A stretch of 62,929 nt of DNA, the filler included, from Sphacelaria rigidula (lineage: Eukaryota): assembly GCA_964200075.2 (NCBI GenBank). It is 5 parts of 5 records of this genome, joined end to end, with 100 filler letters (N's around TTAATTAATTAA, not from the genome) between each part and the next. Parts side by side here need not be neighbours in the genome. Positions count along the whole stretch, not along the records: positions 37,821 to 50,325 come from CAXNAA020003688.1; positions 50,426 to 62,929 come from CAXNAA020003689.1; 3 more parts are not named here. One strand, 5' to 3'. The notes beneath the pieces are model-generated. The model saw only the letters and a list, made by a program, of their open reading frames with translations. It was not told the origin of the DNA and did not search any database. The position numbers and the translations under genes are program-made. Positions within the stretch are counted from its first letter, which is position 1. Every line of letters begins with the position of its first letter. Shown here one piece after another: positions 46,939 to 59,904 of the stretch.

Positions 46939-48237
46939 ATAGTCAGACAGGACGACCGCAGCGTGCAGTCTTTGCAGCCAGGAGAGTCTCCGACGCTCGG
47001 GAGACATGTTCGAAAACGACTCGGCGCTCAACACGTGATCCAGCGTCCCTGTTGCCGTCTGGGGACCACCTAGTACCCACAGCGCAACGAACAGGGTGGA
47101 AAGTTGACGTTCCGCACTCAGAATACCCTCGTCGTCGCCACCGCCGCTGTCTGCCCAGCGGAAGAGCGAGCCCTTTGCTCCGTCCACCGCTCGACGGAGC
47201 CACTCCTCTTCTGAATTTTGAAGCCAGGCGTCTGTGGTGACCTTGCTTCCCAAACGAGTTTGCTTTGAAGGTTTCACCCACAGGTTCATCAGTGCCTCAC
47301 GGACCACGGTTGGGGTGCCGACAGCTTTCAGATCCGCAGCTTCAGCTCCAGCGCCACCGCCGACCTTTACGCCTTGATCTCTTCCATGTGCCTCGACGAA
47401 GCGTAAGAAAGCGTGTACAGCTTCCAGGTAACTTCCGGATGGCGACAACGTTTCTACTTCCGCCATCTCGGCAGCCCGCAAGCTCACTCCTTCTACCGTC
47501 GCTCCTCGTTTATCTTCACGCTCCCGCCGCGCCGCCTCCGCTGCCCCCTGCTCCCCAAACGCATGAGATATCTCTCGGTACACGTCCACAAGCGACCGAT
47601 TCTTCCACACCACATCATGCTCCAGCAACGCGTGCTCCAAAAACGCCGAGTGATCGGGACGCGCAAGCTGGAACCGCCGACAGCAGGCGAGCGCCACCGT
47701 CCGCACCTCTTGCTGCTCGTTCGCCAAGTCCTTCCCGCGTCGGCAGCAGAACGTAAGCCAGTTGAGCGCCAACGCGAGGGACGCACCTTGCAGAGCTGAT
47801 GGTACTGGCGCCATTCCGGCGGCGCGTGCGGCGTGAGCTTCGACCGCGCTTGGCAATAAGGCGTCTTCGACTCTCAAGGGCGGGGCCCAGCCACCACCGC
47901 GTCCGTTGGTTGACGGCAACAGCTCAGCATCCTGCAGAGCACTCATAAACGTTCGGTGCGTTGATTCGCGCAGTTCTGCGCTCGCCGCAAGCCTTTTTCC
48001 TGCAGAGCTGTCGGGACTAAGCCACTCTTTCGGCCACTGGAGGACATCCCCACGGCTGCGATGAGAAGCAGGGGGGTCTTCAACGGCGTCAGCTACGCTG
48101 TCACCAGTGCACCCAACGTCCTCTGCTACCATAAGCGCGTGCGCGGGGAATTCTCCGATGACCAGTAGATGCAGGGCCGTCACCCAGAGCAGACACCTCG
48201 TTTCGCGGGGTGCTGCACGGAGGGCCTCAGCGGTGCC
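46939..48237 (-). CDS. Same gene, 1299-nt internal exon
   Basis: Pyrimidine tract plus CACAG acceptor at 48238, open frame, donor TAT|GTGGGT. An alternative phase-0 donor ACG|GTAAAC lies slightly downstream. Confidence 0.8.
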
Positions 48238-48562
48238 CTGTGACAAGAAGAAGTAGAGGGAATATGTGCTAACTCAAACTTTCGCTACGAGCAAATTAGC
48301 AATGCAGCAAAACACAGGGGGATTGGGGCAACAACATGTGAACAGCAGAACATTGTAATTCCGACAACTTGCACAAGTGAAGCAATGACCGAGTTGCCGT
48401 CCTGGCAAGTTTGGCCCTCTTACCATACGGTCGTTCCCAGTTACTCGTTAGGCTTCTTACCCAGCAACAGCACAAATGTGCGCCCAACGCCAGCGAATCA
48501 CACAGAATTAAGCTCAACTCTCATCAGAGCCGTGCGTTGACCACGGATGGCCACCTCGTTAC

Positions 48563-49331
48563 CTGTGGCAAGTGTTCACCAATGTCGACCTCTCCATTCG
48601 TGCCGCCGTTTGCACCCCCTCCTCCCTCCCCAATCTTGCGCCCTCCTTCTGAATGCCCTTGAACTTGCACGAGTGATCTTCCTGCACTCCCCTCGTCGCA
48701 CCATCCTCGCAACGATTTAGTCTCCCCGAGAGCCTCGAGCACTTCGGCGGTGGCCTGGAGGACGTAACCTGCCTCAACCAACAGCGAGCATCGCTCAAGC
48801 ACCAGATACGCCATCATACCCAGCGTGTCGCTGCCCAGTGTGCCCTGCTCGCTCCCTTCACCTGTTTTTACTTCCCCTGCTCCCTCATCTTTAGTAGAGG
48901 CAGCAGCAGCAGCAGTAGCGAGTTCCTCGGCAGGCGCGAGATCCGACGAGTGCAAAGCATCCGTAGCATTCTTCATGTCGCCTGGGGAGCTCGCCTCAGC
49001 GGGGACGCTGCCGACCCCACTTCCGTCCTCAGCCGCCGCCTGCGCCTCAGGTTCCGCTGCCGTAACAGCCGCCGGGGCCACGGTGACATTTAGTTTGCTG
49101 TGTTCCGCCGAAACTTTTGGTCCGGGTTCCTGGACCGCCGCACTGTTGGCGGCGCCCTCAATGGAAGACAAGTCGTCTTCATCATCGAGGTCGGTCGGGG
49201 GTTCTAAAAGCACGCCGATCCTGTGCCAGTGGGGAGATATCTTGTCGCCCAGAGATTGACGTTTTCCCGACTTGCTGCGTTGTAATATGCACCGATAGAG
49301 TCTCCACATTCGCCGGGACGAGAAAAAGTTG
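48563..49331 (-). CDS. Same gene, 769-nt internal exon
   Basis: CACAG acceptor (phase 2), open frame, donor CAG|GTAACG. Confidence 0.8.
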
Positions 49332-49562
49332 CTGTGAGCGGTCGGAGAGCGGGGGGCGTCGCATGCCGATAGTCAGTACAAAACCAGCGGAAGATACATG
49401 CATATAGCGATTGCAAGAAGGGAAATAAAGCCGGCATGGGTCGGGAAATGCGAGAAGCGACCACCACGAGGGTCAAGTTGGGTAGAATCCGCCAGCGTTG
49501 CAAAATGGAACATAACACGCAAGAACACGTGTGCCAACCCCCAAAAAAACACGTACACTCAC

Positions 49563-49762
49563 TCGATAGCTTCCTCGGCCATGCTCAACGCGTCGGCAGC
49601 GAAACCCGGAACCAACGCATACAACGTGAGATACAGAGCCCACAGCTCTTCCGCTTGCCCTTGCTCGCACTTCTCTATACCCTTGACCAGCACTCGTAGC
49701 GCCGGCTTAAGCGCGGCGTCATCCCCCATCTCGTTGGGTCCACGCAGCCCGCGCGTGGCCGC
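49563..49762 (-). CDS. Same gene, first visible exon (gene is 5'-partial)
   Basis: CCAG acceptor, donor GA|GTGAGT. ALRVLVKGIE...EELWALYLTLY...MAEEAI resembles the ZFC3H1 HAT segment (AL.VL.RALE...EIW..YL.L...M.E.AV) as I recall it. Confidence 0.75.
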
Positions 49763-50325
49763 CTGGTCATTGGGTGTGGTAGCGGAGAATGGGAGGTGAA
49801 GGGGGGCAGCAGTCAACTGAATGGTGTTGAGCAAACACGGGGGCGGTGAAAAACTTAGCACAAGACAGCAGAGTAACATCGAGTAAACTACACTACCTGA
49901 CCTTACCACAGCGTCACCTTTGCGGGTATACCAAGGGCATTAAAAATGCGGTACGCTCGGCAAGCAAACACTGAGGCTTTTTTCTGCAGGGAGAACTCAG
50001 GGAAGGGAATGAAGCCCGCTTGACTACTAGCGGTACGTTAGCGTAGTTCCGCCACGCTGTGTATGATCATGGCCGCGGCGCGGAGAAATGTGCGCTAGTA
50101 CCAACGAGTGGCGTGGGCATCTCTTGAGCATCTCGGAATACAACACTCCCTAAAAAAAATCGTTACAGGCTGGTTCACGGTGATCACCCAAAATTGTGTC
50201 ATCAGCAAATGCCTTCGGCAATACGCACCCAATAGTCGCATATATGGTATCATACTGACCGCAATGAAGAGACGAAGAGGGTGGCATAGCCGGATTTTTG
50301 TTTAAGGCCGTAGCGGTGGCGCTAT

Positions 50326-50425
50326 NNNNNNNNNNNNNNNNNNNNNNNNNNNNNNNNNNNNNNNNNNNNTTAATTAATTAANNNNNNNNNNNNNNNNNNN
50401 NNNNNNNNNNNNNNNNNNNNNNNNN
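50326..50425. other. Artificial contig spacer
   Basis: N44-TTAATTAATTAA-N44. Confidence 0.98.
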
Positions 50426-53400
50426 AGGGATGCGAGGTCAAAAGTCTTATGACTATGGCATGCAGGATCATGAGTACATAAGTACCCCCCTTCCCAAATT
50501 CAAGACTTCGACGTTGAATTATGATATTTAGAATTGCCAGGACATAATGAAAAAAAATATCATCGGGCGTTTGTTTTGTTCGAGACAAGAAACATTTTTC
50601 GGTTTTCAGTAAAATACCGTTTACTCATAGAAGAAATGGAAACTTTGGGTCTGATGACATATCTTTTGATGGTCAAATTACACTTGATACCAAATTTTAA
50701 GGCCCAACGTTCACAATTGAGGTGAGGCGGGGCCTGCAAACTCATCCGCCTCTAGGCTGCACCAGATCGTCTGAATAACGATTTTTTTGTCCATGTTACA
50801 ACTAACAAGATTCTCAATTTAATGAAACTCGTGCGGATTTTAGTATAGATTCATGCGTGAACGTAAAAAGCTTCCGTTGTTCCAACCACAGTGGGGTTTT
50901 CGGCACAATTCTCGACTATCCGAAACACCCTCTATGTGCGATCGCTAATCATTTTACCGTAGTCTTATCTATACTAAGCGCCCGGATCGGCCACACTCGG
51001 TGCTTGTACCGGTTATGCCATCGCCTTACCGCACCCGCGTCCAAAGTGACAACTTTTCACCGGCTCTGCCCGTACCGCAGCGTTCCGGAGGACTACCCGA
51101 TAAAAGTAACGGCTTTTGCCCGGGTTGACCCGCTCGTGTACGCGAGGCTTTGTTTCCGATTAATGGGTACCAATCCGATGCCTTGCTTCCGTTTGGCTCT
51201 TGACTGAATCATCATGCTCAGTTAACTTGTGACGTTGGACTTTACTCAGATATGTACCCAGTTTCAACGTGATTCTAAATACGCCCCGACTCTTCTTCAA
51301 CGTCGTCATAGCCTCGGTAGTTCTCTATGTTGCCGTCATCACACACTGATGAAATAGTCCCAGGTACACTCCACTGGAGAAAAGCACACCAACATCGTTC
51401 ATGGCGTTGCATTACATTTTTTGTAATCATACTTCAGCCCCCCCTTCTGCATTCCTCGGGACGAGTCCGTTGTCTTGCTTGTGAGTTTCTTGCACACAGA
51501 GAAGTACCCCCCAAATATTGCGATTTCAGTTCCAGTAGGTGGCGGCCATGTAGTGTTGGTATTAACGGACAAGCGCGTTGTTGGTGTGTCCTCTCCCTCC
51601 CAGAAGGCGATCATATAATAAGGTGGAATCAATCAGCCACGAACCCCACTGTTGGAGCCAATAGTCAAGCTATCCCAGGTACTGGCGCGTGATTGCATCC
51701 GTCAACTGTGTGTACCCGTTGGTCAGCTTCACGATAGCGGGAACCTGAAGTAGTAGCGACTCCCTCATGTGTTTGAACAGCACATCTTCGAGGGCTGAGT
51801 TTTGGCTCCCTTGGCACAATGTAAACGGACAGTACATGGGAAGGGGGGGTGACCAGTTTGCATGACCTCTGATATTCAGTTCCAAACCAAATCGCTTGAA
51901 ACCGCGTAATCTTCCGTCCCGTATTTGACTCTCCTTCAGGGAGTAAGGGGGCGAGTTTTATACTACTGTATAACAGCGCATGCCATCACAGCGGGTACTG
52001 GCCAAATGCTCCGACAGCAGTACTCGAGTGCATGTAGTTGCGTGGATAGCTTCGTTGGTGAATCACTGTGGCTCATGCCCGCTGCCTTGACGCTTGCTGG
52101 CCCTACTTGTCTGGATACGCGCCCCGGTTTCTGATATTGTACACGCCATCCAGGAAGAGTATCTGGGCTACGGGGGGATGTTCTGCATTTTCTTCCTGAT
52201 ATCTCTCGCTGCAAACTGGTTTACACATGTAAGTGTCGGCTGGACGGTACAAGCGCAGAAAGCCAAGAGTTGAGAGTAATGATATAGCCGTATCATTATT
52301 TTGGTCTGTGTTGCTGCTTCGGTTTTTGCGTGTGGTCCGTTCGTGCGCGTGGCTTTCGGTGGTTTGTGTTTTTTCCACCTGAGATCGTTGTGGTCCTTTT
52401 GATACAGACTTTTCGTCACCTGCAAGATGTCTCTTGAGCAGGTATTATCTTCCTGTGAAAAGTGACTGTCAGACGCCGTTGTCCATCTGCTCGCGCTCTC
52501 AAATTGAAAGGGTATTCGTGAGGGCGGCGTGGCCAAGAGCTTGGCTTTATTGTAATGTAATGCATTGTATCTATTAATGTGAGATGATCATTAACATATG
52601 CTGATGCGCTGCAAACCAAAAAGTGGTCATGATATGCAAGATGAACGGACGCAGGGTATATTAACGTGGAATACCCGCTGAGGAAGATGAGAGAGGGGAA
52701 ACTCGAAGAAGTAGCGAGAAACTCGAAGAAGTAGCGAAGAAATCCAGTAACGTGAGAACGAAGGCACAACAAGCAGCAGGTGCCTGTTACATGACCTCCG
52801 GTCAAGGAGATCAATAAAAGGAGAGACGGGAAGAAAAAAGGAGGGATGAGGAATCCGTGAACGTAGTACGTAACTGCGCGCCGTCCTATATCAGAGGGTG
52901 ACGCTGCGCTCGACGGGGGGTGAGGTGAGCCCAAGTTTTGCGGTAGTTGCTCCCCTCATCGTCCTTGAAATAAGAGTATTGAGGTGTGCCTCCGTCGAAA
53001 TACAGGCATACCACGGGCAGTCCAGCTGGAGAAATCACGAGTGGCCATAGGATGAGCCCTCTGCGGGGGGCGCGGCGTTTCATACTCCTGTTGAGCAATT
53101 GTCGAGCCTGCGAATGCTTGCTATGCGTGAACAATGTTGACTGCCCCTGACACGAGGCAGACATGTTCTCCTCGTTATCAAAATATCAGGCGAATTGGTT
53201 AACTCAGGTATTTACATTCGCATCGAAATGGCCCGTAGAACGGGAAGGTTCTACAGACGACGGGGTGATGAAGGAGACCCCAAAATGGGGGGTAGTAAAA
53301 GCCTGCGTTATACTGACGGTCTCGCCAGCATGTAGCCGGTTGCCAGCACCGCGTATGACCACATTATAGTAGTTGTCGTCTGAACTTCTCATTTTGTAAT

Positions 53401-54780
53401 TTGTTTTCAACACTTTTGGAACGCTCCCCTCCTGTCCCTTGGCCAAACGCCTTATTATGAGAAGCCCTGACGAAGAGGAAAACATGGAAACAGAATAGGC
53501 CGACGGCAACCACTTTTATAATGGAAGACCGGAGAATAATGTCCTCCCTGGAGAATTTGGGCAAGGTTTGTCCAATCATATCACGCAACGGATGAAGTGT
53601 GTCCAATTGCATCCATCGACAATAATCAGCAAAACCACTATGAAACATTCCATTAAAAAAATAGCAATGGGCTCCAGGGTCCAACCAGGCACGTTTGTAT
53701 ATTAGCATTTGTAGGTGAAGGAAGCACCCCTTTAACGGGCTGCAGCATCGGTTGGCGAGTTTACCAAGTCACATCGTATACAGCGAAATCTCGTCACCAA
53801 ATGTGGAAGGCACAGTGGGTTGTGCGGGCGGTACATGGCGGGCGTAATCGCAGGCGTCTGCACAGGCGATATACATGCACACGGGAGGGAGCCAACGGGC
53901 ACCGCCTACCGTAATCAGGCCAGATGAAAAACATTACAGTCAGTAAATACAGTAGGTTACAGTACTGACTCGCGGCTACACTCCGTGCAAGATGAATATA
54001 AGCATGTGAAAAATCGGCCACGAGAGTAGATGGCACTAGACGACAGCGGTAGCCGGCGTCATGAACCTCATGCAGCATGAAGTATGTCTATGCAACGGTC
54101 GGGAACGCTCAACCCGCGGTATAGATGTGGTGGGGCAACTGTGCCTTGCGTTACGCCCTTGTGTAATAGTCAACCCGCAGTATGATGTTGTCGGCACGTG
54201 CTTGGCAAAGCGCAGTTCTGTGCATGCCTCGCGCTTTACAGAGATATTATCAAAATACGATATATTTTCGAAATTTTAATCAGACATAACACGAAGCAGC
54301 AAGGCATCACCCCTGGGGCGACGGCACTTGGCAGACTCTACACCACAGTGATGGTGCATAACTCCAGGGCACATGGCGTCTGCGTCGCCTTTACACATTT
54401 TTTCAGAGGGCGGAATGGTGCTGTCGGAACGTGCATGAGCGCGATGTTGTGCATGACGTGAGTCTGCAGTCGAGGTTACCCCCAAACTGCTGTAAACACA
54501 CCCAGTACTGTACAGGGCAGTATCGCAGCACCCCCGGCGGCATGGAAAGGTGACTGCGTGGGATTGTATTACACTGCCAGTTCATAAATATGGCGAATGT
54601 GCCATCGGCGTTGCCCTTGTTGCTATGACCCTACGAAGAGTATAAACTGCAGCACGAAGGGCGTGCAGGTCAGGCGGGAAGCATGCTTCACAGAGGCTTG
54701 CCGCGCACTGTGGCCGGGGCAGGAGCTCATGAGTTTAGAATTAAAACGCCGATGGGTCCTGGACCTCGCCGCAGGAAGAA
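50426..54780 (-). pseudogene. Heavily decayed coding remnants (Tudor-like and PHD-like fragments), probably transposon-borne
   Basis: Short broken minus frames: VPGTISSVCDDGNIENYRGYDDVEEE (51367-51290), and PQCAASLCEAC and CKGDADAMCPGVMHHHCG (54715-54340). Confidence 0.3.
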
Positions 54781-55459
54781 AAAAGGAAGCCATCTCGTGT
54801 TCCACTCGTCACTCGCATGGGTCTGAAAAATACGTGTTGGGCCAAAATATTTGCGTCTTCGCTGTGAACCATCAACGATATCTTGCTCAAAAACCGGCTA
54901 TTACAAATGATCAATTTCCCATTGTGAGTTCCAAAAGTGTTAATTGACGATTTTCTTAGGCTCTGTCACTTGCCACCGCTCATCATATTGGGGATCTGAA
55001 GAAACTCGTATCCACTCCACATTTTTTTTTTTCATTTGTACTCAATATTGAGTGACTCACGAGATGACCGGTAATGGGGGGTCCTGCCACTCTTCAGCCC
55101 AGATTCTGACTTTTCGGTATTTTCGATTGATCGAGCCTGTTCCGATCGTACTTGTGAAAAAAACCCTTGAACTATTGTTTTCTTCGAAATTCTACCTACT
55201 CATTGCACTAGCGCCGAAAAACTGCGTTCCACGGTCAGTGACACCCCCCGGATAAACGGGGTATCTACTCGTATCTCCCGATGACACCAAGTAGCATTAA
55301 CTTGAGCACTGTGCTTTGCGGACGATCTGTTTGGTCCACCAAAATCTACCGACTCTCGCACTTTCGAGTCCTATCGAAGAGTAGTGCGCAAGAAAATTCC
55401 TTCAACAACCCTCAAGACTTTTGATGCTGACTACCATACGTGTATGAGAATCTTGCCCC

Positions 55460-55740
55460 CATTTTTCGTGTTTTCATCTCTCCCCTTCGGGACGAGCACG
55501 GAGTCTCCAGGCATCAATCCACGTGTCCCCTGGTGCATGCCTGACACTTCGGTTTCGAGGGTTGGACTAAAACTCCCACACCCCGTCGACCTTCGTCATG
55601 TTATTTTGCTGCTCATAATCTCAACGTTTTCAACGATAGAGATCACACACTCCTAGAAAAATGCCGGAATCTACCCGGATTCGAACGCTTGACCTTGCTC
55701 GAACGGTTTGGGGATGCACCAGCTAGACCAACGCGGCGCG
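55460..55740 (-). mobile_element. tRNA-headed SINE-like element
   Basis: A box TGGTCTAGCTGG and B box GTTCGAATCC. The body 55590-55480 is homologous to 59762-59878. Confidence 0.65.
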
Positions 55741-58700
55741 GGAACACTATCTTGGGACAATGAAGAGGTGACTATTGGCCGGCAAAAATACCGCTCTTCA
55801 GTGGAGTCACTGAAGAGGAAAAACGGGTAACGCCAGTGAGTACACTCCGAAATCGGTACCAGAAGTGTATTTTGTATCGGGTGCAGGGGGTACCAAGTAC
55901 CTGCCACCCCCTAGCAGAAAAAATGTGAGTCATTACGATGACATCCACATCGTTGGAATGCAAAATTTTCAGTGCCAACCCATCTCCGGTAGCAACACCT
56001 GTAAAGATGATGATGAAGGATGAAAGAACGCTTGAGTTGCGCGGTAGAGGCATGAAATGCGGAGTGAGGGTGGCAGAGGATCAGAAATCAGCAAACGAGA
56101 CATGAACGGGTGTAAAGGTATTAACGATGTATCTCATACATTCAAGTGCAACGAACGAAGTAATCGCCCAAGGGGAGGGGACATGCACCTACAATACGGC
56201 AGGAATAGCGGAACATGATCGCGCACGAGGGAGATTTGGTGGAGCAGTTGCTATTGCCAAATCTACTCCAGTACGGCAGTCACACAAAAGCAGTGAACTC
56301 TTTTTTGGGCACTCCCAAAAAAACACAACCAAGGGAAATGGAGCACAGATTGAAACGTGGCGGAGCATCGCCAGTACATGGAGCACTCATTTCAATCAGG
56401 ACAAGCAAATGACAAGACATACGCACGGCACTTCCACCAGGAAAACAATACGTTGACCTTCCCGAACACGTATTGGCGTTATTGATCACCCCAACAAGGC
56501 CGGGTTCAGATACTGAACTCGCCAAACTCCCGTCGATATCTGAGGTATCTTCAGCGGGATAATCACCGATCGAACGTGATTTTTCAGGTTTTACGGTTAC
56601 CGTGACTTACCATGATGAGCGTCCAATACCAAAATTGGGTTTGGAAATATGGTGAGTACTCAGAACAACCTTGAAAGGAAAGATGGGTTTTACGATGAAT
56701 CTGGGGTGGCTTATGGGCTAAGCACTCGTCATGGGTTCCATCAGTTTATAGCTCCAGGGAATGTCCACACCAAAATCGTTATCTTCCGCTGGATATATCG
56801 TCCGGGGTTTCACATAGACTTCAGTGTGGACGCTATCTCCGTACGATATAGGAATCACTAGACATGGGATTTAATCAACGAGAAAAAAATGTCCAGACTT
56901 CCGAGGACATGGGCATCTTCCCCATGATCAGACGATTAATACGATTTGCAAATCACGGCCCAACTCGTCTGTGTCGATGAGATGTTGCTTTGTGAGCTTA
57001 AATCTGCGTCTAGGCCGGGTCAGCTCGTATACTGAAGCATTCCCCACGGAAGTATGATTTTCCCCCCTATCGGCCCGACAGCACAATGCTGGTAAGTGTT
57101 TCCCGTGATCGACCTGTTTGTCCTTCCAACGTCTACCGATTCTAGAACTTGCTAGGGGACATGAAGAATACATATGGCGTTGAAAAATCCCCATGAAGGT
57201 TATCGTCTCCATGAACGGTGACTGCGGTACCTACAAGTTGGGATTGATCGTCGTGCGCGGCCTCGGCTGCCACCGCCACCACGCTTCTGTTTCATTGTGT
57301 GTTGCTTGCGAATTGCATAGTGTATGCGCGTACGGTGTTGAATCCTCCAAGTTGGGAGTATGCGCAGACTGTCCGTCAGGAAACTTTCGCCACGAATTAT
57401 CATGTTAACGGAAACAGCGAGTGTAGTGCACCGTTTTCATATTCACACCCGGAGTGCTCCAAGTCCGGCGATATCGTATATTGTACCGATTATTCGAAAG
57501 CGTCTTGGAAGTACTCGGTACCGCACCGAGTATTGAAAAATTCTGTTGACTCATGTCAACCCCTAGGAACAACGAAAATACTGACAATGACATTTAGCCT
57601 ATTCCTCTATGGTGAAGCACCACCCTTCCGGAGACGTAGCCTATTATTCAACTGAACACACCCTGGAGAATCATGCTTGGACTTCCTCTCCGCAGTGTTT
57701 TGACAGCGCTCCGTCCGGGGAAGACGTCCAAACATCGCTGAATAGAGCAGTCATATTCAGTACAGAGAATATCAAAACAGCCCGGTCGGGAGGACAGTTT
57801 ACACGCCACGCCTCCCACCGCGGGTCTCAGAAGTTGGCGTTATTTCACATTTCAAGTATCTTCGCGTGACCCTTAGCTTGTCGTTTCAGATAACCTAGGG
57901 CAGTTCGCGGATATAATCGTATTTCTGGTTGTGTCGCCGACACATTATATGGCTTCCGCTTTCTCGTAGGCATCTACAGTACTCCACCTGGTATTTGGGT
58001 CGCGCATTCCCGTAAGACTTTGCGCACCATGTGTAAATATTGTATGCCATTCATGTATATGGCACCGCAATCTTTATATATGCGCTCATGTATGAGTCAT
58101 GTGAACTTCCCTTGTTGCGTTTTTGTGTGTTGACCCTTTCATTTTCTGCTTGTTTTCATTAAATCTCCGTTCATTCATTTTTTTTCTTGTTCCACACTTT
58201 CATGTGTGCTTGAAGGCGTTTCCATTTTGTTCACCTTGGAGAGGTCTATCTTGTGACCACGCTCGGGGCCCTCAGGGATAGTTCAATGTATGACAATCAG
58301 TTCATCAATCGATGTGACGACTGCATTGCACTGACAACCGGCGATCCAAGTCATGCGAGGGATGAGTGCTACCAGTACTTGTCGTCCGTATAGTATGCTA
58401 ATATCGACATTTTGGTGTGTTCTGTGCATCCCCACTAGCAATGGTACTTGCCCTTGCTGTACTGGCTTCCTCACTCGTCGTGTCGTCCTCTCTTGTTCTT
58501 GTTCCATTCTTTGCTTGTTTCTCAGCGGTTTATGGTGGAAACAAGAGGACTGTCTATGCTGGAAGTGCAACGGGCGCTGACGGCAAAGGCGGGATTTTAG
58601 TACGGCGTTTCATATCTGAACCGAATCGGCATAACTCGTGTCAACGCACAGGACCGGCCGCAGGTTGGGTTTGGTCAGACTCAACATCTTGTGAACCGGT

Positions 58701-59611
58701 CGGAGATCAGTTCCGTCTCGTTTCTTATTCGGACAAGCGAGTTGTGGTGGGTGCTATCTGACCTCCAGCCGTTCGACCATAGGGTATGGAAATGTACAGT
58801 AGGGAGTTTTCTGGTCATTCTGTATCGAGGCTCGGAAAGTTCAGTGGATATCCCGTTGCTTGCGGCTTCTCTATTTCGTATCGTTTCAGAACAAAACGGT
58901 TTGCAAAGCAAGCCGATTTATCGGGGACACAACACATGGGAGAATGACCCCACCGTTACAGGGTTACGGGGTAAGGCTTGGGTACGAGGGTAGTGAAACG
59001 AACCAAATTTCAAGTCACAGCCTCGTGGGGAAGGAGTTGGTGAAGTCATGGTAGTCCCCCCTTCCACGCACACTTCCGCACACACATACACAATACGCGA
59101 GCAAGCGGTTTGTCGACTTGACCAAGTTGTGTTTTCTCCCATGAATCTGAGGAACACGTTGGCTTGATGCAAATTATGTGTGGGCCTGTTCAAAACAAAG
59201 TCTTCGCGACCCGTGAAGCGTGGTTCCTGCTGTCGCTGTTGTTGCTTTGGAAAACCGAGGGGCAGGGGACACGAGTTTTCGTGTTTTCACTCGATACGCG
59301 CACCTTATGCTATAGTGTTTAGATCGGGGCTACTATGCCAGGTACGAGTAGCGACAGGCGGGGGAAAAATGTGCATGTGTTTCGACTCGAATGGGGACAC
59401 CGCTTTTTGTGCTGCAAGCTAGGCGTGATATTTAACGGCAATGCTTTGACAAAAGTGTCCGTCCACACCATGCACTCGGCGCTGGGGTTGGGCCATAGTG
59501 CGGTCATGGTGAAGAAGGCTTTCGTGATAATTTGCTGTCGGCAAATGTGCATGTGCCGTCACTGCCAGTTTCTGGCGTGCAGTTGCGAGTGACAACGTGA
59601 TGACTTTCAGA

Positions 59612-59904
59612 CGCGCCCCGGTGGTGTAATGGTCCGACTGTCACGAGAACGGGGGTTCGATTCCCGATGCGTTGGGTTTTTTCTTCGTCACGTATGATTT
59701 CCACCGTGGGACGCGTGATAATGTGAGTAAACGAAGTAGTCGACTGGATTTGTGTGACGTGAGTTGACGCGGTGCGGGGGTGCTGACCCAATCCGCGAGA
59801 CCAAAATGAAGGGCGCGTACCGAGGGAGAGATGGGTTGATCCCTTGAGGCCACGGACTCATTCCGAGGAAGGGGAGGGGTTCAAAGTGTGAAGAAAAAAA
59901 ACAA
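59612..59904 (+). mobile_element. tRNA(Asp)-derived SINE-like element
   Basis: A box TGGTGTAATGG, CTGTCAC anticodon-loop remnant (GTC), B box GGTTCGATTCC, A-rich tail at ~59890-59904. The D and anticodon arms are deleted, so it is not a functional tRNA. Confidence 0.65.

Noticed and set aside
59613-59670. Functional tRNA-Asp gene
   Set aside because: The D and anticodon arms are truncated, the acceptor stem does not pair, and it continues into a SINE-like body.
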